Numbered from the whole stretch's first letter, positions 39,801-54,116 are shown. The stretch is 60,577 nucleotides of DNA, filler included, from Dugesia japonica (GCA_001938525.1; 5 parts of 5 records of this genome joined end to end with filler, not necessarily neighbours in it); one strand, 5' to 3'. A program made the numbers and translations. Notes: generated by a model not told the origin, from the letters alone.

Positions 39801-40681
39801 ATCAATTATGTATTACATACAGATAAACACACTAACAGAATGGATAAAAAATACAAACATACATATGAGTGATTTCATTCAAATATAACGAAGTTTCATT
39901 ATAATATATATTAAAAACATGACGTTTACAAGTAATATATCAATGGACCATACACAAAGTTTCTTAAATAAGTTACATAAATGATTTCAACACTCACAAC
40001 AAACACAAAGTAATTTTCTAATACATGTGCAAATTTTTTTAAGATACAGGCTTTTAATATATTTATATAAAACTTCAATACAATACATTCATAGGAATTT
40101 TATTAAAATATACAACATGCATATCGATTTTAATATTGATTTATCGATTTTATAAATATCATAGAAAAATCCGTCATTACATTATGGGTCTATCGACACT
40201 TTACTTGACTCAATAGAATCAGCTTTGGAAATACTGAAGCAATTTTACATAAATTGCATAATAAATGTGATTATTAAAACAATTATTTATGTAAAATAGG
40301 TAAAATATGATAAAAATAGAAAACATGATTTCCACAGCAAAATAAAATAAATTGATAATAGTTCTTTGGGCAATGTATAAGTAGGTTTGTATTCTATATC
40401 AGTGGTGTATAATACTTGATGTCTGTAATAGAAATTCTTCTCTGTAGACCGATTATAAAACATTTTATAATCGATTTTTGCCAAATATTAATTTGAGTTT
40501 TCATTAAAATAAGATAAGGCTTCGATCAAAACAAAACAATTTATTTGTAAAAAAAAATTACAAAACAATTACAATTTTTAAAAAAGGGAGATATTTTTGA
40601 TTAATAAAAAAAAGTCTATATCAATATCTATAAATAANNNNNNNNNNNNNNNNNNNNNNNNNNNNNNNNNNNNNNNNNNNN

Positions 40682-40693
40682 TTAATTAATTAA
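40682..40693. other. Artificial contig spacer core
   Basis: N44-TTAATTAATTAA-N44. Confidence 0.95.
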
Positions 40694-41156
40694 NNNNNNN
40701 NNNNNNNNNNNNNNNNNNNNNNNNNNNNNNNNNNNNNGTGATTTGTAATACCCAAGACCCCTGTTATTTTAATACTATTTTATCAGTTCTTTTAGTATTA
40801 TTTTGAACAAAAAAATTTGCAAACCAATAAATTAGATGTTCTAAATTTCTTCTAAAAATAATGGATGTTCCCAGGGGAAGGAGGGCAACTGAAAAGGGAC
40901 ATAAAGAGATAATGAAGAGGAGAGGGCAAAAAATTGCATATTTTTCGGGGACGTCCTTAAAGCCTTCTTAAGACGTTGAATACTGAAGGCATCAAAACAA
41001 TATATTATATATTATTTTCACTAAATATTCGACATTTTTCAATAAATATCCGAGAATTTATAAAATTGTTGTAGTATTAAAAATACGCCATAAAATTATT
41101 TGAGATAATTAAAAGTATTTAAAGTATTTTTAATTAATTTACGAAGAAATCAAAAT

Positions 41157-42271
41157 TCATTCAAATTTATGACATAATAAAGCCAAGGAAATATTTAGTA
41201 CCATATTGATAAAATATCCTTAACAATCATCTCTTGAAACTGTACCCAAAGCATTTGTAATAAGTTGGCATAAGTCATTTTGCCCACTTAATCTTAGAAA
41301 GAAACTGACAATCTTTAAAACTTTTGAAAAGATATTCTCAACATGGTTAATGGTATATGAAAACAGTGAGAGATATTCAAAACTGTGGGTTGTTGATTAG
41401 AAAAGAGTCTTGATTTCTTCTACACAATAAATTCTTATATTATCCATTATGAATCAGCTGTCGTCCATTACTTCCATATTATTGACTATTATAATTAATT
41501 CCTTTGAAAAACAACAAAATTTTATTGAATCACAAGTTTAATCCCAAATAACCTTTAATTGCACGATTCCTTCTTGTGAAGCAGCTACAATCAATGTTTT
41601 CATCTTTCCACTAACTGTAGGAAGTATAATATTTGCTGGTGTTCCTCTTCTTGAATGGACTTGTCCTCTTCGCAAAAGCAAATAAACCGGACTCGTCAAT
41701 GAAAATACATTTTCTTAATTCATTTGGAAAATCAGACTCATACAAAATTATTTATGAATAGTTTCTTCAATAATTGTCGATCAATAAAAGCGATGCGTCA
41801 TTTTAACGTAATGCTAAGCCGATGTATTACATTATAAATATAAATCAGTTTTAATGCTAAAATTAATCAGAATTTTTTGTTTTATTTGGTTTAGTGTTTG
41901 AGCTGAGCTAATTTCCAGGCTCCTCTCAGTATAATCAACAATTTCCCGTGTTAATATTATTGGAGCATCACCTGACAATGCAGGTGTGTTCCGTTTACTT
42001 GGCTGTCGTGATTGATCTCTTTCACTTTAATTCCTATTAAACTTTGATATAATACTTTTTTGCTGTACTAAAATTTATTTATAGCTTATTTCCTGCTACA
42101 AAAATGATTTCTCTATTTTCATTTACAACTCTTATTAAATTTATTTTGTAATTTTGGCTCATTTTTGAATATTGTCGCCTTCTTCAAAATATTTTCGGAT
42201 TAATTGGTTTCATTTTCTTGATTATTCTCACTATCAAACTTAATATTGTTTGCCTTCGAAATTTTATTCAT
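41157..42271 (-). pseudogene. IS630/Tc1-type DD34E transposase, decayed
   Basis: CIFIDESG; HSRRGTPA; FIMDNIRIY..YLSLFSYTINHVENIFSKV with 34 residues between the second D and E. Confidence 0.85.
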
Positions 42272-43771
42272 CGATATAAATTATTTTTTAATTAAAAAAT
42301 TGATTTTAAATACTGGAATATTGAATTAAAATGTGGAATTTATATATTGATTATTGATAAATTATTATTAATTGATTAATTATTGTTAACTATTTCAATT
42401 TGTTTTGCATTTATTGCATATATGTATCTATATATAATACTGAGAATTTAATTGAAGAGGTTACAGTTTATATACCGCCACCCTCAGTACACCGCCATAA
42501 ATTTTTGTTTACAAATTTGCACGAAATTAGACGATATAAAAAGGGTTGACTGTATAAATATATATAGATAACTGATTTAAATATAGAAATTGAGTAATTG
42601 AAAGTTTTTCGAATATTGATTAATGATTTCGAATTATTGAATTTTCTAAAATTTTAAACAAACTCAGATTTATTTTTCTAAAATATATTTTAAGACTTTC
42701 TTCTTGTTAGTCTGAATTGTTTTAATGATAGCTTTTTTTTAGTTTTAACGTATTTACCTGGTTGTTTGTATGCGATATTCTAATATGTCAAGAAAAAAAT
42801 GGTAGAGTCAAAAAACCTGAAATATTTTTAGAAAGTAGTAGCATTTTACAAATAATTTTTAAACTTAATGACTTGGATAATTTTTTTTTACTATAAAAAT
42901 ATATCAAAAATCCATAAATAAATAATAAAATAAATCATTAAATAATTTTCATATGAAATATTTACAAACTTTTTTCATATTTTATCTAAACACAATTGTT
43001 GGACTTTAATCGATATGAAAATATTTTTTATGTAAAAATTTAAATAAACATTAAATAGTCATAAACTGTTTTCAATTATATAAATAATAAAATTCAAATT
43101 AACGAAAATAATAAAATAGAATTTTATTTGGAAATAAAAATTCGAAAATATTCAAATTATAAAAACTCCAAAAGCAAAGTTTAAAAAGTCAATGAATTTA
43201 AATGAAAAACTAAATCCTTTCGATAATTTTTTGATAAGTAATTGATTACGTAATAAATTTAAGTTATATATATATTGTGATAAAACTTTACATTATTTTA
43301 TTCATTAGTTAATAATCATAAATTTACTATTACAATAAATTCCATAATTCGATTGAAAATAATTATATAAATATCATTTAAAAGTTCTTAAATATTAAAA
43401 ACAGAATATTTGTTGAAATGATAAAAATATAATTACTAACTCTCTACAATTCAAATATTTTTATTTTGATTATTTCAGACAGTATTAAATATAGTTAATT
43501 TATCATATTGCATATCGATTTTATTTCAATCATCAGTTGATTAATTTTCAATAAAGACGATTCCATTTGCTAAAATTAATGTCAATAGAATATTAATTTT
43601 GTCAGTTAATGTTTAGCGGGGAAATATCATCATTCATTATTTTATGATTAATCTTAGTATTAATCTTAAGTATTGAAACTATAATTTTATATGTAAATAA
43701 TATAAATAATAAATTTTCAAAGAGGATATCAAATCAGCATACTTCAATATTATGTTTTCCATAGTCAAATC

Positions 43772-43838
<67 letters not shown>

Positions 43839-43991
43839 NNNNNNNNNNNNNNNNNNNNNNNNNNNNNNNNNNNNNNNNNNNNNNNNNNNNNNNNNNNNNN
43901 NNNNNNNNNNNNNNNNNNNNNNNNNNNNNNNNNNNNNNNNNNNNNNNNNNNNNNNNNNNNNNNNNNNNATAATAATAATAATAATAATAAT
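43772..43991. repeat. (AAT)n microsatellite with gap
   Basis: Direct reading. Confidence 0.95.
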
Positions 43992-44680
43992 ATGAGATAT
44001 CACTGAATTATATAATATTCCTATATTATTCTTTCTATATATGATTAAATCAACATATTTATTTAATAATAGGTGAATGTATGATTGAATGAGTGTTTAT
44101 GATCTCGAAAGTTAAGCAGCATGTAAGCAGTTCCAGCTGAGCCTGTCTCGAGTTTGGTTAGAAATAGTCTTACGCATTTCCAGTGCAAGAAGAAGTCCAC
44201 CACTTTCTTAATGTAATCCAAATATCTATTAAATCTATCCAAAAGTTATATTCCTGAAAAAGATAATAATCGAAAATTCGAATATCTGTCAAACAACAAT
44301 TTAATTTGACTGAAGCTATTATTTCAATAAAATCAACAATTATTCTAGTAATAATTATATTTGCAAAATTCTATCGAAAATTTGATTACTAAAAATTGTA
44401 CAGGTTTCAATTGTTACTTTCAAATTGAATAAATTTTCTTGTAATATATATCATATATATAAACTAATTAGTGAAATAAATTGTATTAATATTATATAAT
44501 TTAATATTTTATGATAAACAATGTAAAAGCTATCACGATAAATCCGAATCAATAAAATTAGATTTATTTACTTGTATCTTTGTTTTATGTAAATTTAGAT
44601 TATTGTAAATAATTACAATTATTAAAGTAACAATATCATTCAAGTGAAACTTTCTAATTTTAGGATAAATTTTAAAATAC

Positions 44681-45330
44681 TACTGTGTTCAAAAAGTGAG
44701 GCCATTTTTAAAATAAAACAACCTATTTATTAAATCATTCTAATTTCTTTTGTCTCCTTTGAAGTAAACCCCTCCCGTTGAAGCAGACATGAATGCAATA
44801 TTTAAAACACTTTTCATATTCAATTTTTTGAATTTCCATCAGCATATCCTTAGATTTTTTGTTTTATTTAGTCTACTAACTCAAGCCCGGTTCCTCGAAG
44901 TGGTTTCATTAGTTGACAGAACAGGAAAAAATTCATTGTCTATATATTTGAAGCAATATTTGTTGAACATTTGATGAGAAACTAACGAATGATGATTGCA
45001 AAAAATTCAATGATTTTGGAATAGTTGTCGATGCTATACTCTTCAATTATGAAAGCTCAGTTAAAATTATGTATACTAAACTTGTTGATGTGTCAACATT
45101 TTCAGCAAGCTATCATCTCACAGTCAAATGAAAATTTGTCATTATTTTGCTTTTAATTTATTAAACATTTTCAATTATTTATGTCAATAGACGACCAGAA
45201 CTATATGCATATTCTATTTATTCACGACCTTCTCTGGTGAACTTATGTCACTTGAATACAGTTTTTCTTGATAGTTTTTGATCAATGAATGTTTTCTGCA
45301 TCATTTTAAGCGTTTCCGTAACATTAAATT
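44681..45330 (-). pseudogene. mariner transposon remnant, internally deleted
   Basis: Minus strand shows HKFTREGRE*IEYAYSSGRL (FxxGRE..RSGRP motif) and C-terminal ASTGGVYFKGDK. One TIR-like end TACTGTGTTCAAAAAGT at 44681. Confidence 0.65.
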
Positions 45331-46904
45331 TAACATTAAAAAGTGTAATGAAAACAATATCTTCAAAAGTTTTTGACAGAATATCTTGGCTGGTTATGAA
45401 GAAATGTTAATTTGATTAGACCACTTGATTAGATTAAATAGCCTGTATAGTCTGAGAAGTTGAAAATAGACATTGGCTTTTGAACTTTTATGGAGCAAGA
45501 AACTTTCAAAATTCGCGTTAACTTGTAGATTCAAACCAAGTTCATTGTATTTAGAGATGATGGAGAAATCACAGTGTTTAGCTAGTCTAAACGATTTTAG
45601 TCCACGATGATTTAAGACCATTTTTCAGTCCAATTCACTCATGCATTTAGCCGAAATTCCTCAATAGATTTGAATCCAAGTATTTAAACTGTCCACAAAA
45701 CAGCTCTATCAAAGCTAATATCGCATGGATAAAAACGAAGTAAACATAACGCAAAAAAGAGATTCTTGCGTCATTAATGAATTACATAAATCTATTTATA
45801 TTGTACTTTTATTTTATTTAATTATACGACTATTTACCATTTACTCATAATTTTTCTGCATTATTGAAAACTAAATAAAGTTTTATAAACTTAATTAATT
45901 AAATTATAATTAATATATTTTAAAAAGAAATATTTATATTTTACTAATTAAAAATTAAAATATCTTTTGTGTAGTCATAAAGTTCCAAACTGCAAGACGT
46001 TAAGGCAATATTTTTGAATTAGTAGGCCAAAAATCGAAAAGATTAGTTGCTTAGTAGCCTAAAAATGTAGATAAAAACCCTAGTACTTACTTCATAAATT
46101 GAAAATTTTTCACTGCACAATACACAAAGATTAGGAGTAGGTTTTCCATAAAAATAATATGTTACTTCTATTGATAATTTGATATCAATAATAGGAGAAA
46201 TACTGCAGACAAAGCAAAATTTTATGATAATAATAAAATTCAATTGTTAATGTCTGTTAAAATATCTCGAAAAATCCAAATTAAACATAGAATTTCATTC
46301 AGTTTTTCAATATCTTTAAATAGCTGAAATATTTGTTTGGTCAGACTATCTATTTTTAACAATATATAATACGGATTTAATTTGGAATTAATGTTCGATT
46401 AAAAGTTATGTTAGAACTATTAGTTAAATTAAGAAGTTCACAGTAATCCATAATTTTTATTCAATATTCCTATTGTTTTATTAAAGCTGAAAAGATTCAA
46501 GCATAATCCATAATATTAAAAAAAAATAATCCATTACTGAAAATATTAAATTTATNTTTAAAAATATCGATTTTTAAAAAAAATACACATAAGATAAATT
46601 TTCTAATAATATATATTTCAATAATCCTTCAAAATAATTTTATAAAAATAGACACTTTCAAAAAATTTTCAAACATTTACAATATTGCAAAAAATATTCT
46701 TACAATAAAATATTTCAAAATAATAACTTGAAAAAAATACAATAAATAATCTATAACAAATTAAACATATACATTTTCAAAAAATCGACTAAGATATTTT
46801 TTACTATAATTTTTTCTATATTTTTTACTATATTTACTATATACAAATACTAATAATATATACTTTACTATAAAATATTTCAAAAAATTTTTTGTAATAT
46901 AATG

Positions 46905-46960
46905 CAGGAGTCAGCAACCTTTTTTAGCTGCGGGTCCAAATAATAAAAATGTAAACATTA
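46905..46960 (+). mobile_element. hAT (Charlie-like) element end
   Basis: CAGGAGTCAGCAACCTTTTT..GCGGGTCC resembles CAGGGGTCGGCAACCT termini. Partner end not found. Confidence 0.45.
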
Positions 46961-48121
46961 AGAATACTATTCGGGTCACTGGGTATTTACAAATAAAATA
47001 TCTCCTTTTTTGCTATTTTTTTTAAATAACTCAAAGATTATTCTCGTGTGGCGATCAAGATCGAGCTTGACGACCTGTGTCCGAGTGACAAGGGCGAATG
47101 TCCATTTGTTGACAGATTAGGACAATGCCAGAACGGCAATACAATGTTAAGATTTTTGTTCGTTATAACAATATAAGTGGTCTTGTCGTATCACTGCAAC
47201 ACGTAATCAGGCGTATGTACAAATATTAAAAAAGCAAAATACTTTTTGCAGAACTCAAATTGGTCAATTAAAATCATCTAACGGGTCACTTGGTAACCCA
47301 CCAAAATATACCAAATTATTTAAATTAAATTGAAAACTGTACCAAGGCATGCATTATATATACATTATCTTACAAGAACAGTCTAAAAGTTTGACTATTT
47401 TCAAAAAATTATTTTTCCATTTTTAGCAACTTTCATGTTTTTCTTTATTTTGTTTTGTTTAATGGAAATAATCAGATATGCATTTCAGCAAAATTACGAT
47501 TACCATGAATCATTCTTTACCATTTATAATTTAAAATTATATCAAGTAAATTGACATATATTTTCAAATACTTTATTATGTTTCAAAACATATTATAAAT
47601 TTAGTTCTCCACCAGTATTTGTATATTGATATCTAAAATTCTATTAAATGTATTCTAATGAAAATCAACAACTTCAACTAAACTGAACTATCGGTGATAT
47701 TATTGATATTCTTATTATTGATATGATTGATAAGTAGAATTGTTTAAATTTGAATTTATATTTTTACTGACATTTATAAATGATCATCAAAATTAAAACA
47801 AAAATTCAAAATATTTAACTTTTAAATTATTGAAATTTAAATTAAACTAATTAAACAAATCAAATTGTATGNNNNNNNNNNNNNNNNNNNNNNNNNNNNN
47901 NNNNNNNNNNNNNNNNNNNNNNNNNNNNNNNNNNNNNNNNNNNNNNNNNNNNNNNNNNNNNNNNNNNNNNNNNNNNNNNNNNNNNNNNNNNNNNNNNNNN
48001 NNNNNNNNNNNNNNNNNNNNNNNNNNNNNNNNNNNNNNNNNNNNNNNNNNNNNNNNNNNNNNNNNNNNNNNNNNNNNNNNNNNNNNATTATTATAATTAT
48101 TATTATTATTATTATTATTAC

Positions 48122-48159
<38 letters not shown>

Positions 48160-48209
48160 TGTTTGAAATTTAACAGAAAATATTGAAAATTCTTAATTTT
48201 GAGACATAA

Positions 48210-48554
48210 TTATAATAATGAGTTCTCACCATTATATTTATCACTTGTGTTTGATGCAGAACTGGATTTAATATTGTTTTGTAAAAAACATCGAACACAA
48301 ACTCTTAATGCTGTATGTGATTGATTTGGTAAAATAATCTTTTGTTGAGAACACTTAGAACAAACAACATTTCCACAACTTCGACAATGATGCTAAAACT
48401 CCAAAGTAATAAAAAATACAAACTCATTATTCAATCGTACCCGTCGCTGAATCCAAGAAAATTCAGTAATCATACAATTCATACATTTTAGTGCTTCGGT
48501 ATCCGGTATCCACACCGGACAAAACGCATTATCAAACGGTTTATTTCGAGACAT
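48210..48554 (-). CDS. FYVE zinc-finger protein, Phafin/PLEKHF-like C-terminus (exons 48554-48441 and 48392-48210)
   Basis: PVWIPDTEALKCMNCMITEFSWIQRR, a 48-nt GT-AG intron, then HHCRSCGNVVCSKCSQQKIILPNQSHTALRVCVRCF. WxxD, RRHHCR and RVC motifs and 8 Cys are intact. Upstream exons are possible. Confidence 0.9.
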
Positions 48555-49269
48555 AGCTGAAGGGTTTATCGAATTTAATAAATGTTCATAATGAAAATAA
48601 ATATATAAATGATTATATAAAACAGCAATAATAGATTTTTCCAAAAATATTATCTTTAAATCGCATCAATTGAATTTCAATAAATTAAAATTTAAAATAC
48701 TAACAAAAATTCATCGGAAAATTGAAATATCAAAAAATAGATGTATATTGAAAAATGACAAAAAAAATAAGGATATCAGTGACAAAATAAACGATTAGAA
48801 CACAATAAAAAATATAAAACGATTATTAAAGCAATCAGAAAATTTTATAAATGAGATGCGGTAGTACTGATATTATACAAACTAAAATATTTCGTAAACT
48901 ATTCCGTTTAGTAATTGTATTTACATATAATTATATTATTTCATTTAAAATAAAAGCTTTGATCAAAATTTTTGGTTTTTTAGAACAATTCGATATTTTG
49001 ACTTAGTTTTCTTCAGGAATATATATGTATGCATTATTTTTGAATAAACTTTTGCACGTTTTGTTGTTGTTTAACTGAACAGTACTTTAAGCGTTATCTG
49101 TTTATATCTTACGATTTTCCAAAATGATTTTAAGAAAATTTGTTATTTAAAATTTTATAAGACGACATTTGTGCCTGAAAAACGTCATTTGCGGAAATCA
49201 TTACTTTATATTATTATTATTATTANNNNNNNNNNNNNNNNNNNNNNNNNNNNNNNNNNNNNNNNNNNN

Positions 49270-49281
49270 TTAATTAATTAA
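49270..49281. other. Artificial contig spacer core
   Basis: N44-TTAATTAATTAA-N44. Confidence 0.95.
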
Positions 49282-49400
49282 NNNNNNNNNNNNNNNNNNN
49301 NNNNNNNNNNNNNNNNNNNNNNNNNATATTCAACTTTTGAATTTAAACATTCAACATTATAAATAAAACTTGTTATATCTTTTGTTGGTAATTCCATTTC

Positions 49401-49754
49401 TTAAAGTAATTGCTTAGATTTTTTATTTGTTCTATGAATTGCATTAAGTATTATTTTATTTTTATGTTCGTCTTGTTCACTTTTCTTATATTCAATTAAT
49501 TTATTAATTTTTTCTTCATTATATTCATTTGATTTTTCTATCTCTGTTTTTAAAACATTATTTTCTATTTCTAAACTATAAATTGTATTACCAGCCATGT
49601 CCACTACTTCTTGAAGCATTTTATATTGTGGATATATAGTTTTTAATAAAATATCTTTTTCTTTAACGCTTGATTTTGATACAATAGAATAATCTTCACT
49701 TAATTTAGTTCTAAACTCTTTATCTTTTTTAATATCATCTATTAAGTAATCCAT
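49401..49754 (-). CDS. Hypothetical coiled-coil protein of a virus-like gene cluster
   Basis: Intact ATG-to-stop 117 aa. Starts 10 nt after the upstream ORF and ends 3 nt before the next ATG (49397). Confidence 0.55.
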   Translation of the reverse strand: MDYLIDDIKKDKEFRTKLSEDYSIVSKSSVKEKDILLKTIYPQYKMLQEVVDMAGNTIYSLEIENNVLKTEIEKSNEYNEEKINKLIEYKKSEQDEHKNKIILNAIHRTNKKSKQLL

Positions 49755-49764
49755 TTTGTATAGA

Positions 49765-50271
49765 CTATTTATAAGTGTTTAAAGATTTTTCTATTTCATC
49801 TTCATCATTATTAATTTTTCCTGCTACATTATTACCCGAATTAATAACTCTTGTACGTTTGGGTTTATTATCATTTAATTTATTTCTTTTTTCTGTTAGT
49901 GTTAATTTGATTTCCTTTTCAGGAATTAATTCAAACTTTTTAGTTTTAACATTAAAAAAATAATTACCATATTGATCATCAATAAATGTATTAGTTTTCT
50001 CATTATAAAAATATTTTAGTTTTGGGTATCTTTTTCTTGGGGGTATTAAATTTAATTCTCTTAATGTTTTATTTAAAGTGTTAACAGATACATTGAGTTA
50101 TTTTGCTATAATATTATCTTTTACATTTGGATCTTTATTTTTAATTTCTTCATATTTAGAGATTAAAGTAATATTTCTTGATTTAATAAATAAATTTGGA
50201 TCAAAGTTATTTGCACATTTAATGTTAAGTTCAACATTTATAGATGTTGATTTTTGATATTCTAGGGCCAT
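49765..50271 (-). pseudogene. HTH-containing basic protein of a virus-like gene cluster (one premature TAA at 50098-50100)
   Basis: 168-codon frame MALEYQKS..ISKYEEIKNKDPNVKDNIIAK*LNVSVNTLNKTLREL..; IAKxLNVSVNTL is an HTH-like signature. Confidence 0.55.
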
Positions 50272-50740
50272 TTTCTATATGAAAAGTATGTGAAGGGCCT
50301 ATAAAATGAGCAACTAAATTAGCCATTTTATAGCCGTGTAACATTTTTCATGAAACATTTTATATTTTCGTGTAACATTTTACATTTTTAGGGTACGCCC
50401 CTGAATTTAACGAGAGATTATTCTATTACTAATATAATATATAATATAATATAAATTAAAAACTTGTTTTTATAAAAAATTGATTGAGATGAATAATAAA
50501 ATAATGTCTGTCATAAATATTTTTAATTAAATCAAACAACAATATTTACATATAAAATGTTTATATTTTCAAATATTTTTAAAAATAAAATTCAATCTAA
50601 TTTTAATTTGTTTGAATATAATTTAACAATAGAAAAGTAATTGAAGTTTAAATACTATATATTATTTCAGATGCTTAATCGTCTAACAAAAAAGTCATAA
50701 TGTCATTTATATTTATAATAATATACGCATAATATGAATG

Positions 50741-53470
50741 TCAACTTTTTCTTTCTTCGAGAAAATATGTGGTTTGTGCTCCTTTGCCCTGAAAAAATAA
50801 AGTAAAATAAATATTTTTTTGGTTTATTTGACTTAACCCATTAACGTAATATTTATCAATTATTTATTTAAATTAATTTGTTTTTAATATATTTTGTTAA
50901 TTTATCGTTTGAGTTTTGTGTAAACTTATTTATTTTTTTAACTGGAGAAAAACATGAAATTTTAAATATTCTAACTCTCTTTGATCAGAATCCAATTGAA
51001 GATATATATAAAAATTATTATCAATTAAATAAAAGAATTATTGAAAATAATTATCATTATTATAAATATTATTGGAGTTTTCAACACATAAATGTTAACC
51101 ATAGAAAACTTAACTGTAATATCAAATGAAGTTTCTATTAGAAAATAAAACTACTTTAATTATTATTTGGAACTAATATATTTTGTTTTACATGAATTTA
51201 TTTTCAATTAATTTATATCCTTATCAATGTCAGTTTATCTGTGTTTCTTGTCGATTTATGTTTATTTAATACTTATTAATATTCAACTTTAAATTATTTT
51301 TTGGATAATATGTGATATCATGTACACATTTACACACACATATATGTGTGTGTGTTTGTGATCATAAGTCGTTTTATCCATTTCCATTAAAAATAAATAC
51401 AAAATCTAAATGATTTAAAAATAGATAGATGATAATAATTACATCTTAGCTTATAATTAAATTGATCTTTGTCATATTATTCAGTTTATCATTGTTGTCG
51501 CTATTTGTATTGAACCACAATTGACTCTTCATAAACGTATTTTCATAGTATATCAAAGATTGAAACACGATAAAAATTCAATGGCTATAACCACAACAAT
51601 AGTTGCATGCTTTGACTTAGGATTTTTACGACACAGATTCCGTAACCGAGAATAAAAGAACTGATGCCCGAAGAAAAAAGATAACGACGAAAATAAAGAA
51701 AATGTTATGACTTTATATCAGAAGACACCATCAATATCTGCTGTTTATAAAAGTTTACAGTTGCGTATACCACAGTCAAGTTTACGGAGAATACTGACAG
51801 ACATTAATTTGAAACTTTGGTAACCTCATTTGCTTCATAAAATGAATGATAACGATTATGATCGACGTGTATGATTTTGCGAATGATTTCAGCAGCAACG
51901 GCCTGAGGATGTTAACATTATGGACAGAATAATTTGGATTGATGAAGCTATATTTAAGCTTAATGGATATGTAAATTTACACAATGCTGTGTACTACTCT
52001 ACTGANAACCCTCGTCAGGTATTGGAGACCAACAATCTTTAACAAGGAATTTATGTATGAGGAGAAATACATTCAAATGGTGTATTTGGTTCTTACTTCG
52101 TTGATAAAACAGTCAATTCTTAACAATATCTAGACATCTGAATGTAAGATAGTGCTCCATCTCATTTTACTAGAAATGTGCGCCATCTCTTGGATGAGAC
52201 TTTTGAAATGTGGATCAAGAGGGGAGGAATCATTGAATGGCCTCCACGATCACCTGACATGACTCCAGTTGATTACTTTTAAATTTTTCTAATTACTTTC
52301 TAATATTTCTAATAAATCATAATAATAAAAAAATAATTTATATTACTGAAAGGTTTTTATTGGAAATAAGATTTAAATGCAATTATATTTTAGATATTTG
52401 TTCCGTTGATCGTGGTCTACCTAACCTCATTATAGAGGTATATACGCACTTCATGATTTTTTTTAACATTATTTTTATTGCTATGTTTTATTTAATTTGA
52501 CATTTTTACATTTTTGAGAGCAGTAACATTAAAATTAATTAACAAATTAAATAGTTAAATATTAAGAAATATGTTTATTGAAACCAATAGCTTGAAATGG
52601 AAAATTAATTAATAATTGCCGTTTTAATTTATTATATTGCTAATAAACACTGAAGTTAATAAAAACCTTTCAATTAAAATTTTGAAATATTAAAATTTTA
52701 CGTTTTTCTAAAAACACCATATACTAATCATAAATATTTTTTACTTATACTTAGTAATATTTTGTTAGTGTACAGATCAAAATTGTTTTATAACGTTAAT
52801 TATACGATAATCTTTCAAAAAAAAAAGTATTTCATTAGAAGTTTTAAAATATAATCCTTAAAATTTGGTAGAATATAAATAGTTAAATATATAATAGTAA
52901 ATTGTGAATAAAAACAATTAATGAATTTTCAAATAAACCAACAATTTACTTTAACTTCAATTTGTCCGCGACATGAAAAATTATAAATATTCTTTTCATT
53001 GATCAACTTATAAGCAATTTCAGAAACTTGAATTTTCATTGCTACTCCGGTTGATTCCATTCTACTAGCGGTGTTAACTGTATCACCAAATAAACAAAAT
53101 CTGAAATTCCATAAATGTTTTCCATAAGCGAAATATTTGAATAACCTCGGCATTTTATTTCCAACAACTCCAGCTACAACTGATCCTGTATGAATTCCTA
53201 TTCTCACTGCAATAGGTTTCCCGTTGTGTGGTAGACGGTAAATATCTCTTACCGATTTAACGATTCCTAAAGCAAACTCACATATTTCTATTAAATGTTG
53301 GTTTCCATTTCTATTTGGTACACCAGAGGAAACAAAATAAGCATCGCCTACATTTATATATTAAAAATCTATTTTCAAATTCAAATACCTATTGTTTCGA
53401 CTTTGTAAACATCATTCTTTTCTACAATTCCGTCAAATAGTGAATACAAACAATTGAGCATATCGACAAC
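50741..53470 (-). CDS. Receptor-type guanylyl cyclase, catalytic-domain 3' exons (53470-53389, 53347-53146, 53100-52950, 50788-50741); 5' part not found in window
   Basis: VVDMLNCLYSLFD..DVYKVETIG/DAYFVSSGVPNRNGNQH..RIGIHTGSVVAGVVGNKMPR/FCLFGDTVNTASRMESTG..RGQIEVK/GKGAQTTYFLEERKS*. All junctions are GT-AG and in frame. The Glu and Cys GTP-specificity residues are present. Confidence 0.95.
51500..52280 (+). pseudogene. Tc1/mariner rosa (DD41D-like) transposase remnant, antisense in the last cyclase intron
   Basis: IIWIDEAIFKLNGYVNLHN; DSAPSHFTRNVRHLLDETF..WIKRGGIIEWPPRSPDMTPVDYF with 40 residues between the last two D. Confidence 0.85.
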
Positions 53471-54116
53471 CTATAAAATAAAAACTACCTTAAACAATTA
53501 CTAGTACATTTATATATAAATGATCGACAAACTGCACTAAATTTAAAAACATTAAAAGTCATACGCAGTATAGATAGGTAATTGGTACTACTGCTCCTCA
53601 CTACTGCTACCACATACGAAATATTCAAATTGTAATAAAATAAATTCCTATGTAAAGAAATATAGTAAAATCTAAATTACACAATTAAATCAATTTCCAT
53701 TTACAAAGAAAACATAAGAAAGTTTAATATTGCAAATCACAATAACGGTCTATACAAAAAAGTTTCAAACAAATATTGAAGACAAAAATCTTGTTTCAAT
53801 TTTATAAATCAACTTTCACACCAAAATCAAATAGTTTCTTTAAAACATTGCTAATTCTTCCTAGAAAATAATGTAAATAATATAATTGATAATAAACTAC
53901 ATGTAACCCTCCTACAACGCAGTATAGAGGTTCCTAAAAAATGCTGAGTTGTAAGAAATCGTGTTGTAGGAGACGTTAACTCCATACAAAAATCAGATTT
54001 TGGTTCCAAATTGCAAAATTGGTTTTTAAATGGTATATACTCACTATATTTTTGTTTTTTGAGTCTTAACAACATAATTTGATATTTATATTTACGAAAT
54101 ATCAAAATTACGAAAT

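Noticed and set aside
44095-44260. Possible snRNA or terminal exon
   Set aside because: No match to snRNA motifs I recognise, and only a 27-aa open frame.
53101-53145. 15-aa insertion (LFKYFAYGKHLWNFR) in the cyclase active site shown in the ORF track
   Set aside because: It is an in-frame 45-nt GT-AG intron; splicing restores MPRFCLFGD.
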